DNA of 64,000 nucleotides from an uncultured Bryobacterales bacterium (GCA_937859895.1 CALMAV010000178.1:678-64677), one strand, 5' to 3'. Counted from the stretch's first letter, positions 38,060 through 46,685 are shown. Numbers and translations: made by a program. The notes: a model not told the origin generated them from the letters alone.

Positions 38060-38520
38060 CCTCCAGCACAATGGGTAAGAAGGCTCTTACAGCTTGCGAT
38101 TATGCGCATGACCTCAATTCCTTTGAGCGTGGTGTAAGCCATTCGCCAATTTGAGGCCGAGCATGGATCGGATACGGCGTTTAATGACGCCATGATCCGC
38201 TTCTATTGGGTTGTTCAGATACTTTTACTTGGCGGTGATCGACGAGTCGTTAATCAGCTTCGAGCTTTGGAGCTTGCGGATCGCTTCGCCGTACGCCGGA
38301 TTGCGATCTATGTTGATTACTGTGGGCTCCCAATCACGACGTACCCGGAGCGCCTTGGCCAAGAACCGTCGCGCTGCCCCGGCATTGCGACGCTGGAACA
38401 AGTAGAAGTCCACCGTGCCCGCGGCTATCAACGGCTCGAAACAGGTATAACCATTGCCCTCATACGCTGATGTACGTTTTGTCGATGCGCCCAGGAGGAA
38501 CTCGTATAATCAGGCGATTT
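38060..38520 (-). pseudogene. IS6-family transposase remnant (5'-truncated, in-frame stop and at least 3 frameshifts)
   Basis: Minus-strand pieces read GRIDKTYISV*GQWLYLFRAVDSRG / TVDFYLFQRRNAGAARRFLAKAL...NIDRNPAYGEAI / YLNNPIEADHGVIKRRIRSMLGLK / TTLKGIEVMRII. They are colinear with the IS6/IS26 DDE transposase consensus (W.VDETY..V.G.W.YL.RAVD, D.......Y, N..E..H...K.R, GIE.M.MI). Confidence 0.7.
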
Positions 38521-38540
38521 GCTGTTCCCGGCCATCCGCG

Positions 38541-39110
38541 TTATCCAACCAGACGCTGATGTAGTTCTGAAAGCAATCGATCACGATTGATAACAGTGAC
38601 ACTTCCTTCAGGTGCATTGCTAAGGTAAACCACTAAATTCTTACCATGACCGGTGGCGGATCGAAACATAAGACTTTCTATGCCTTCACTAATCCAGCTG
38701 TCAGCCACTTGCTGAGATGCACTGTGATCGCCCGGCTGAGAACACGCTGTAATTACTGAATCTAAGTCGCTCGGCAGGCCGCCGGAGAGATCTAGGTGTT
38801 TGTCTGTTTTGATGTTCAAAGCATAGGTCATGCGAGGATATTCAAGGAAGTCTATTTCCGAGTTGCCTTTCAGCATCAGCTGCCTCGCCCTAACCTCCTG
38901 CACTGCTGTGGACTCGTCTACGCTTCCAAATACCGCTGATACGCCAATAGGGACGAAGCGACCGCCGTATCGTCGCGTCCCTTCACCACTGATCACGTCG
39001 TCTGGATGGAAGTACTGATACGCCACCGAGCGAAAGACTGTCGCTTCCAATGGTTGCGCGTGAGTTATACGATAGTCTAGTTGCTCACGAGCATCAAGAC
39101 TCAGGTTCAA
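38541..39110 (-). CDS. RES-domain toxin (189 aa)
   Basis: GTRRYGGRFVPIGVSAVFGSVDESTAVQEV is a typical RES-domain core. The upstream Xre-type antitoxin stop overlaps this gene's start by 4 nt. Confidence 0.8.
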   Translation of the reverse strand: MNLSLDAREQLDYRITHAQPLEATVFRSVAYQYFHPDDVISGEGTRRYGGRFVPIGVSAVFGSVDESTAVQEVRARQLMLKGNSEIDFLEYPRMTYALNIKTDKHLDLSGGLPSDLDSVITACSQPGDHSASQQVADSWISEGIESLMFRSATGHGKNLVVYLSNAPEGSVTVINRDRLLSELHQRLVG

Positions 39111-39793
39111 ATTGCATCACCTGCCTGAAGCCGCTGAAACTCGTGAATGATGTCCCTAGCCCTGCCATCCAGGATCAGATCTTTCGGGCGTTCACCACCG
39201 AAGGAAGCATTTTCTGAAACAAGCCACTGTGGAATCTGCGCTTCCGGGACAGAAGTTGAAAGCAGAAATGAGAGCTCCTCTAGATCACGTAATTGATGCC
39301 GCCCCCTTGCTATTCTCAGCTGCTCCCAGTTTTGAATGGTTCGGAGACTGACTCCTAAGGCCCGACCCATCTCAGTTTGTGTCAACCCAAGGCACGTCCG
39401 AATTCCGAGAAGGCGATTTTCTACGTCATTCCTGTGCCTGCCATGATGAGGAACCTGCAAGGCATGCAGTGCAGCAGTGGCCTCGAACACCAGCTCTGTA
39501 TGCCGCGGTCGAACTTCTCCTATGAGGCGGCCGAGGCGCGCAGCTTCTTCCAACGCCGTGTGATGCTGGGCGCAGTACACCACCACGTTTACAGTGCGTC
39601 GTAGCTCTTTGAGCAGAGAGGAAACGTCATCTTCGTCTGAGTGACCTACGTACACGAGAACTGAGTGAGCGGAAGCGTTCCGATCAACTCTATCGAATGT
39701 CCGGAGCTCGGCATGTTGAAGACATTTCTGCGCGAATTGGCCAGCTTCGGCCAAGTTCTGCTCATTCGAGTAGACAAGAATATCTTCGCCCAT
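39107..39793 (-). CDS. Xre/MbcA/ParS-type antitoxin with an extra ~120-aa N-terminal region (228 aa)
   Basis: HTH LGLTQTEMGRALGVSLRTIQNWEQ, then a DUF2384-like toxin-binding tail WLVSENASFGGERPKDLILDGRARDIIHEFQRLQAG. The N-terminal 120 aa are unassigned. Confidence 0.75.
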   Translation of the reverse strand: MGEDILVYSNEQNLAEAGQFAQKCLQHAELRTFDRVDRNASAHSVLVYVGHSDEDDVSSLLKELRRTVNVVVYCAQHHTALEEAARLGRLIGEVRPRHTELVFEATAALHALQVPHHGRHRNDVENRLLGIRTCLGLTQTEMGRALGVSLRTIQNWEQLRIARGRHQLRDLEELSFLLSTSVPEAQIPQWLVSENASFGGERPKDLILDGRARDIIHEFQRLQAGDAI

Positions 39794-39950
39794 ACTGCTA
39801 AAATAGCATAATTACATATGCAAAACTGCGTTCTGATAGCTTTGTTACTCCTCTCTCATATAGACCCGCAACACGTCTCTGAGTAGTTAGCGGCCCTATA
39901 TATAGTATTTACGAGATACAGCCACACATTATGGAGTAGGTCTAGTTCAG

Positions 39951-39956
39951 TATAAT
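39951..39956 (+). promoter_or_regulatory. Candidate -10 box (TATAAT) for the MBL / E2-E1-JAB operon
   Basis: cagTATAATgtca lies 19 nt upstream of ATG 39975, inside a 180-bp AT-rich divergent intergenic region. There is no convincing -35 box or SD, so the transcript would be near-leaderless. Confidence 0.3.
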
Positions 39957-39974
39957 GTCATCTGAGATACCTTT

Positions 39975-41108
39975 ATGCCGAGATTAACTTTTTACCCGCT
40001 CGGTAATGCCGATTGCTGCCTAGTTGGACTGGTAGACGGCACTCAAATCTTGTTCGATTACGCTGCTACGCGAGATTCGAACAATAAACAAGACAAACGG
40101 ATCGATTTAGCCGTCGAGCTAAGGCGCGATCTAAAGAAGGCCAAACGCGACAGTTTTCGTGCAGTGGTCTTTACTCACCTCGACAACGATCATGTGAAGG
40201 GTGCTCAAGATTTCTTTTTCTTAGACCATGCCGAGTGTTATCAGAAAGGCGATCGGTTCAAGATTGAAGAGCTCTGGGTACCCGCAGCAGCAATCATTGA
40301 GGAAGGGTGTGAAGATGACGCCCGGATCGTCCGCGCAGAAGCGCGACATCGTTTAAAGAAAGGGTACGGAATCCGAGTTTTCTCCCGGCCTGAGAAGTTA
40401 AAGATGTGGCTTGAGGATCAAGGCATACCGTTTGACTCTCGGAAACATCTTTTCGTTGATGCCGGCCAGCTGGTGCCATCGTTCAGCATCCCTACAGATG
40501 GAGTTGAGTTCTTCGTTCATTCACCGTTTGCATCCCGCCTTAACGACACAGAAGTAGTTGATAGAAATATCGATTCGATCTTTATTCAGGCTGTTTTCGC
40601 GGTCGAAGCGAAAACAACAAACGTCATTTTGGGGTCGGATCTCCCTTACGAGGCCCTAGCTGAAATAGTCAAGATTACGAAAGCAAGAGGGCGCGCGAGC
40701 CGGCTCGAGTGGGACGTATTCAAAATGCCGCACCACTGTAGCTATAAGTCAATCGGTCCAGATCGTGGAGCTGAGAAGGCAAAACCAACGGAAGAGACAA
40801 AGTGGCTGTTCGAAGAGCAAGCTCTTCCAGGTGCGATTTTGATTTCTACTAGCGACCTCATTCCGGCAAAGGGCTCCGAAGCAGACAAAGGGAAGCAGCC
40901 TCCACACCGACAGGCGTACAACTATCACAAAGGGCACATAGACGACAACTCCGGAGAGCTGCACGTAACGATGCAGCATCCGAAAATTACTGCACCCGAG
41001 CGACTGACCATTGAAATTGACAATACAAAAGCCCGAGTGGTGAAGGGCGGTTCGAGCGGGGTACAAATCATCACCTCGCAATCTGCTCCGCGCGCCGGAA
41101 CTATCTAG
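39975..41108 (+). CDS. Metallo-beta-lactamase-fold protein (377 aa), partner of the E2-E1-JAB fusion
   Basis: LTFYPLGNADCCLV (beta-strand plus Asp), VVFTHLDNDHVKGA (HxHxDH-like metal motif, here H-L-D-N-D-H), FFVHSP, ILGSDL and FKMPHHCSY (ComEC/MBL-like late His motif). The C-terminal tail is ...ARVVKGGSSGVQIITSQSAPRAGTI. Confidence 0.75.
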   Translation: MPRLTFYPLGNADCCLVGLVDGTQILFDYAATRDSNNKQDKRIDLAVELRRDLKKAKRDSFRAVVFTHLDNDHVKGAQDFFFLDHAECYQKGDRFKIEELWVPAAAIIEEGCEDDARIVRAEARHRLKKGYGIRVFSRPEKLKMWLEDQGIPFDSRKHLFVDAGQLVPSFSIPTDGVEFFVHSPFASRLNDTEVVDRNIDSIFIQAVFAVEAKTTNVILGSDLPYEALAEIVKITKARGRASRLEWDVFKMPHHCSYKSIGPDRGAEKAKPTEETKWLFEEQALPGAILISTSDLIPAKGSEADKGKQPPHRQAYNYHKGHIDDNSGELHVTMQHPKITAPERLTIEIDNTKARVVKGGSSGVQIITSQSAPRAGTI

Positions 41109-43335
41109 TGTTCCTTGAAATTCCTGGCGAACGGGTGCTTGCCGAAGCGCTCACGATTTCTAAAGCGGCAGATCTGGGCCAGTTCTTGCTGGCCCAAGTC
41201 AGCCCATACGCTCGCCTTGTGGACTGTTCTCACAAACTCCGGAGAACACCGAAACAGTCGTCGTAGATCTCGATGTTGAGGTTGGACAGCAGCCAATTCA
41301 CCCAATCCAAAAAACGGAACGTGTCGCGATTACATTCCGATCTGAAGACATTTCCTACCCTGAGATCGTTTCACTGCGGCCGGATTTCCCTAGTGTTCCT
41401 CATCTCAATCCCAAGGATGCAGAGTTTCCTCGCAGCCTATGTCTATTCGAAGAACCCTACTCTCAAGTCGGAATCTCCTGGACATCGGCACGGCTCATCC
41501 ACCGACTCCGAAGTTGGCTGCGTGAAACGGCCCGCGGCGCATTGCATCAACTCGATCAGCCTTTAGAGCCTATTCTCCTGCCCGGTTCGCGACATTTAAT
41601 TGTTCCTTCAGACCTCTTTTCCAACCTGGACGAACAGCCAGAACAATTGATCGTTGAACTCGTTACGTTTCCTCCACATGAAACCCTGATTACCAGGCGC
41701 ATAAATAATAATTCCGGGGAACAAGCATCGTCTGTTCCATTCGCCGCAATCACCTTCCGTTGTCCTCCTCAGACGCATGGCGTAGTCAGGCTACTTCCAA
41801 AAAATTTAGAGATACTGCACCAGCTAGTCCAAGCGAGCGGCCTGGACCTTATCCACTTCGTCCGAGACCGACTCCGAAATTGGAGTCCAAAAGCCTTACC
41901 GCGAGATGCTCGTCTTATCCTAATCGGTCATTTCCCCAAAATGCGTGATTCTACCTCTCACCCTGAGGTTTCGGACATTTGGGGATTTGTGACGTTGTCA
42001 ACGATCAAAGAGATCGGATGCGCTGTTGGTGCCTGGAGTGCTGATGGCAACTCGGTGGGTGCCCTTATTGGGGGTCAGGTTGATCTGGAGAAATCCCGAT
42101 CCGTTGAGATTCACGTTCTAAATGTTCACTTCGCATTGTCGCGCTCGCAAGCCGCTGAACTGAACGGTCTACAACCTGATGAGACTGCGATTGTTGCAAT
42201 CGGTCTAGGCGCACTAGGATCGCAAGTCGTTCCGAAGCTGATCCGATCTGGTTTCGGCCAGTGGCGATTCCTTGATGAAGATATAGTGCTTCCGCATAAT
42301 CTCGCACGATATGAGCTGTCAAGCCACGCTGTAGGACACCCAAAAGCTCTTGTGTGTCGCTCCGTCTTCAACCACATTTTAGAGAGACCAACCGTCGATG
42401 ATGCCCTAGTCGTGGACGTATTGCAATCTAAAGACAAGCACGAGCGGCTTCGGTCAATGCTGGCGGAATCTGAGCTTGTCGTAGATCTCTCAGCATCGGT
42501 CCCTGTTGCGCGTTCGTTAGCACGTGACTTTGATGCACCGGCGAGGAGAATCTCGGCCTTCTTAAACCCTTCCGGTAAAGATTTGGTTGTATTAGCCGAA
42601 GATGAGAAAAGGAACGTCCGCCTCGACTGGTTGGAAATGCAGTATTACCGGGAGTTGCTCTCGCGAACCGAATTCGCAGACCACCTGGTTGTCAATGAGG
42701 CCGGTGGACTGAGGTACGCACGAAGTTGCCGAGATCTCACGGCTCGAATCCCCGAAGACTTGGTCGGCTTACACTCAGCGATAGCGTCCAGAGCAATTCG
42801 GCAAGTAAAGGCCAAACCAGAGGCCGTACTTTGCTTTTGGAAGAGTCACTCCGACCTAAGTGTTGAATCTCTTCGAGTGGAAGGAAGCGCCGTTTTTGAG
42901 CAGCAACTAGGCAACTGGCTCCTTTGCACTGATTCCGTTTTGCTCGCAAAGCTCGCATCGCATCGTCTCGCCCGTCTCCCTAGAGAGACCGGCGGTGTGA
43001 TGATCGGCTCCCACGACTTTCAAAGACAGATCGTGTATGTGGTGGACTTGATTCCCTCGCCCCCAGACAGTGAAGAGTGGCCGACGCTTTACATTCGTGG
43101 GTACGAACAATTGGCAGACTACCTGGGCGAGGTAAGCGCGCGAACTGCGGGCATGCTTCACTATGTGGGCGAGTGGCATTCTCATCCGAACGGAAGCAGC
43201 ACTCAGCCCAGCCGTGATGACCGAAAGGTCTTCGCTTGGCTCGAAACGTATATGAAAAGTGATGGCTTGCCGCCGCTTATGGCCATCGTTGGCGACATCG
43301 ATGTTTCCTGGTATCTTGGGACGCTGAGTGGATAA
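41108..43335 (+). CDS. E2(UBC-like)-E1(ThiF-like)-JAB/MPN triple-domain protein, interrupted by a -1 frameshift near 41240
   Basis: GTG 41108 overlaps the MBL stop (TAGTG). Frame 2 gives MFLEIPGERVLAEALTISKAADLGQFLLAQVSPYARLVDCSHKL and stops at 41264-41266. Frame 1 is open from 41164 and gives ENTETVVVDLDVEVGQQPIHPIQKTERVAITFRSEDISYPEIVSLRPDFPSVPHLNPKDAEFPRSLCLFEEPY (E2-like, Cys codon 41440-41442). Next come IVAIGLGALGSQVV...FLDEDIVLPHNLARY (E1 Rossmann, 42190-42300). The JAB motifs are RETGGVMIG (Glu 42985-42987) and HSHPNGSSTQPSRDD (43177 onward). Total length is 2228 nt, which is 3n-1. Confidence 0.8.
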
Positions 43336-43346
43336 GCGAGTCGGCG

Positions 43347-44018
43347 CTAAGGTTTGGCAGAAGCCGTTACCTTAGCATCATCAACAGCATTCTCGGCGAC
43401 TTGCAAAATTTCTCGGACGTAATAAAACGCTCGTTGTCGGCATCGGTTCCAAAATAAGAGAAACATGGCCGTAACTGGAATTACCAGCAAAACCAATGTT
43501 GATTTTGGCCGAGTGGACAACGTTCCTACAAAAGCGGAGGCTTCGGTCACGAACAGCGCGATTAAAGAGAGAACAATCAGAGCTCGATGGTAGGCGTAGA
43601 GGGCGTTGAACTTCGTCGCCCGGATAGAACCTTTTTTCTCGGCAAGTTGCATTGCGAGACGGAACAGCGCTTCGGTACTTGCATCCGCACCAAGGTTGCT
43701 GGTCAGCTTCGCTCGAACTCTTTTGGCTTCCGCTGCCGACCAGTAACGTTCTCCCAGGCCATTCGTCAGAGCAAGCGTAGACGGCTTTCCACCCCAGCTT
43801 TTAAAAAGCAATGGCTCCAAAGAACTTGATAGAGCTTGAACAATTTGGCCGATCAAAATGCCGAGTGCGGTAAACGCAAGAGCATTCAGGGTGTCGCCCA
43901 TTTTCGGAACAAGAGATAGAACATTTGGGAAGCAGAAAACGCAAATGTACGTGACCAGGATGCCCGGAACCAAAATCGCCAGGACATCATACAATTCGAA
44001 CTTGTCAGTCATAGTCAA
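43347..44018 (-). CDS. Hypothetical integral membrane protein (223 aa, about 4-5 TM helices)
   Basis: Hydrophobic helices VLAILVPGILVTYICVFCF, LNALAFTALGILIGQIVQAL, ALIVLSLIALFVTEASAFVG and LVLLVIPVTAMFLLFW. It is convergent with the E2-E1-JAB gene, with an 11-nt gap. Confidence 0.6.
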   Translation of the reverse strand: MTMTDKFELYDVLAILVPGILVTYICVFCFPNVLSLVPKMGDTLNALAFTALGILIGQIVQALSSSLEPLLFKSWGGKPSTLALTNGLGERYWSAAEAKRVRAKLTSNLGADASTEALFRLAMQLAEKKGSIRATKFNALYAYHRALIVLSLIALFVTEASAFVGTLSTRPKSTLVLLVIPVTAMFLLFWNRCRQRAFYYVREILQVAENAVDDAKVTASAKP

Positions 44019-44488
44019 AGTTCCAGCTGAGTTCCTTACCCGGCCATGCTCATAGAGACGTACCCAAGGTCTAACACCTTATTGTCTCGACCTCGTCCAA
44101 CAAAATCTCACCGTTAAGGGCATTTGGACGTCTGAGCTTGGTAAACGGGGTGCCGGTATCTTAAACGACGTGGCTTTGACAGCATTTTGGTGACCGACAG
44201 TCTGGCTATGGAGCTGTTCCAGGCTGCTGATAGAGAGAAACTACTCTTCGTAAAAGGCCCGGACTTCCAGCCACCCATAGAGATCGCGCAACGCCGTGAC
44301 CTATCGTGCACTATCGCTTCTTGTGCTTTTTGACAAGGTGGTCATTCATAACCTATCCCCTTAACGGTCATCGGCGCGGCTGCTTCACACCGAGCCGAAA
44401 AGAGCAACGAATGCGTGCTGTTCGGATCATGAAGTGTGGGGCAAATCGCAGCGCAGATGAAGATACCCGAGTATTCCGGTGGCCCTTG

Positions 44489-45495
44489 CTAATAGGAGAT
44501 CCGCTCCACCTCGTCGAAGGAAATCTCATCCCCGCATCGGTTATAGAGCCCAGTGGTCCGGGAACTCTCGTGACCGGCCATTTGCTGGGCGACCTTGAGA
44601 CGGCCGCCATTCTGCAAATAATTCGTGATCCCCGTTGCCCGGAACTGTGACAACCGATCTTGGTTTGGATCCCTGCCTGCCGGCAGCGCCGCCGGATCAT
44701 TATGGACATTGGACTGGTTCAGGGGCCGGGCTGCAGTTGTCCCTGCCGCCAGGCACAGAACAATTGGAAGCTGCCCTTTCCTGCCAAGCCAGAGGCGGAG
44801 AGGTATTCCTCTAAATACTGCTCCAACGTGTGGTGACAAGGGATCTCCGACACCTTGCCGCCCTTCTCGCGCAGCCGAAGCCAGCCGCGGCGGCGCTGGA
44901 CGTAGTAGTCTTCGACTTCCAAGCTGAAGACTGTTCCAATCCGGGCAAAGGTGTAGGCTATGACACCGAGCAGGGCCCGATCGCGCAGGCGCAGGACCGT
45001 ATCTGTCGGAAGGCTGCCAGGAACTCGCCCATCTCTTCGCTCGAAAGCACCGGGGTCTTGCCCCGCTCGACGGTATGCTTCGGCCCGCGGACGGAGGCGG
45101 CCGGGTTGACTGGCAGGAACTGGCCGAGGATCATCCGGTCGAAGAGCATCGGGACGGCCGCCAGATGTTGCTTCACTATGAGCCGGGAGCGAGCCCGGCC
45201 GGAGTCCTGCACCCAAGCTGCCACAGGGATCGGCTCCACTAAGGTGAACTCCTCGATGCCGCGCCGCTGGCACCAGGCGGAGAACTGCCAGTCGGCGCCA
45301 TAACAACCGCGCCTGGTATTCGGGTTCGGGATCTGAGCGGTGAAGAACTCCCAAAGCGTTTGGCCGTTCGCGCATTTTGCAGGAAGAGGTGGGGCCGAGC
45401 CGTTCGACTTCCCTGTCCTCGACGTCCGGGGTAAATGCCGAGCCCGCGACCGCCGGAAGCGGGACGAGGGGACCAGGGTCAGGCGTGGACCTCAT
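44489..45495 (-). pseudogene. Frameshifted tyrosine integrase, paralog of 2112..3080
   Basis: Three minus-strand frames are colinear with the intact paralog. First: WEFFTAQIPNPNTRRGCYGADWQFSAWCQRRGI...VKQHLAAVPMLFDRMILGQFLPVNPAASVRGPKH...PVLSSEEMGEFL. Second: LRLRDRALLGVIAYTFARIGTVFSLEVEDYY...REKGGKVSEIPCHHTLEQYLEEYL. Third: FRATGITNYLQNGGRLKVAQQMAGHESSRTTGLYNR. There are at least two frameshifts. Confidence 0.8.
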
Positions 45496-45581
45496 ACCTG
45501 AAAACGTCTACTATCATCATCTATCACTGAGCTGTTCTTGGTGGAAGCAGGACCGTCTTATGACACCTTGCAAAGCAAAGC

Positions 45582-46673
45582 TTACAATCCCAATTTTCCG
45601 ATCGCGTGGTTGCGGAGCACATTGGCATCGCGGATGTAGCGGCGTAGGATGGGGAGGCTTTTGTGCCCGCTCTGTTCGGCAATGGAGCGTTCGTCGGCGC
45701 CCGCTTCGGCCGCCGCGGTACAAAAGCCGGCGCGCAGGCTATGACCTGAGAACCCAAGAAGTTCCCGGCTTTCGAGCCGGTCGTGCGCCATCGCTACCCC
45801 GAGCCACTGTTTGACGGCGCGCGCCACGGCTTTATCGGACAACGGCAGAGTTGTCGGTTTCCCGCGCCGGCCCACTTGCCGAAACACGGGACCGGTGAGC
45901 GGCAGACCGTAGCGGCGCAACCAGTGCCGCCAGGTTTTCAGAGCGGTGACCGGACAGAGTTCGGGATGGGCCTGGGCCGGCAAGAAGCCTTTCCAAAAAC
46001 CTTCGCCTTCCTGGTCCGATTTCGAGCGAGGGACCAGAATCGCGAGCCCCTCGTCCCGCCACTCGAGATGCTCCCACCCGATGGCCACCAGTTCTGAGCG
46101 GCGAAAGGCGCCGGCAAATCCTAAGAGCAGCAGCGCCCGGTCGCGTACCCCAATTGCGGTCTCCGGCAAGGAGCCGATCATGGCCCCGATCTCGCGCACC
46201 CGCACCGGTTTCTTCTCGCGCGTAGGCCGCCGCCCTTTGGCGCGCAGAACTCCTTTCAGGGTTTCCCGCACGGCGAGCGAGCGGGTGGGCGAATCGAGTC
46301 CGGACGCCTCGTGCACCTGGCTGATGGCAGCCATGCGGCGCTGCAGTGTCGCCGCCGACAAGATCTGGGCCCGGTCGGCCAGGTAGCCGCGCACCGTATC
46401 GGAGTGGGTGGGAAAAGCCCGGCGCCGATGCGTCTGGCACCAGAGGAGAAAATCAGCCCAGTCCGCCTGGTAGGCCTTCCAGGTCGCCGCCGACTTAGAT
46501 TGCTGGAGGAATTCTTGCACTCGCGCTTCGACCGCAGGCGGAAGCGGGGCTTCGTCGGCCCCCAGTTCCGCTGGAAGAACCAGGGGCACGGGAGTGCCTT
46601 CAACCAAATCTTTGGTGCTTGAACGACCCAAGTCGATCGGTTCTGGGGAAGCAACGGCGTCCGGAAGAGCCAT
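45582..46673 (-). CDS. Tyrosine recombinase / site-specific integrase (363 aa)
   Basis: N-terminal SAM-like segment TWKAYQADWADFLLWC. Catalytic motifs: VRDRALLLLGFAGAFRRSEL (Arg-I), ILVPRSKSDQEG (Lys), GHSLRAGFCTAAA (H-x-x-R), SGHKSLPILRRYIR (His/Tyr). Confidence 0.9.
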   Translation of the reverse strand: MALPDAVASPEPIDLGRSSTKDLVEGTPVPLVLPAELGADEAPLPPAVEARVQEFLQQSKSAATWKAYQADWADFLLWCQTHRRRAFPTHSDTVRGYLADRAQILSAATLQRRMAAISQVHEASGLDSPTRSLAVRETLKGVLRAKGRRPTREKKPVRVREIGAMIGSLPETAIGVRDRALLLLGFAGAFRRSELVAIGWEHLEWRDEGLAILVPRSKSDQEGEGFWKGFLPAQAHPELCPVTALKTWRHWLRRYGLPLTGPVFRQVGRRGKPTTLPLSDKAVARAVKQWLGVAMAHDRLESRELLGFSGHSLRAGFCTAAAEAGADERSIAEQSGHKSLPILRRYIRDANVLRNHAIGKLGL

Positions 46674-46685
46674 AGGGGAAGGCTA

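Noticed and set aside
41105-41566. ORF-track entries 41105..41305 (-) and 41273..41566 (+) as genes between the MBL and E1-JAB genes
   Set aside because: Their translations are low-complexity or motif-free. The alternative frames give a coherent E2-like domain continuous with the downstream E1-JAB protein and a start codon coupled to the MBL stop.
39975-43335. Calling the MBL / E2-E1-JAB operon a type II CBASS or a Bil/Bub system
   Set aside because: There is no CD-NTase/SMODS-like gene, no recognisable CBASS effector and no small Ubl ORF between 39794 and 44490. Only the E1/E2/JAB logic is shared.
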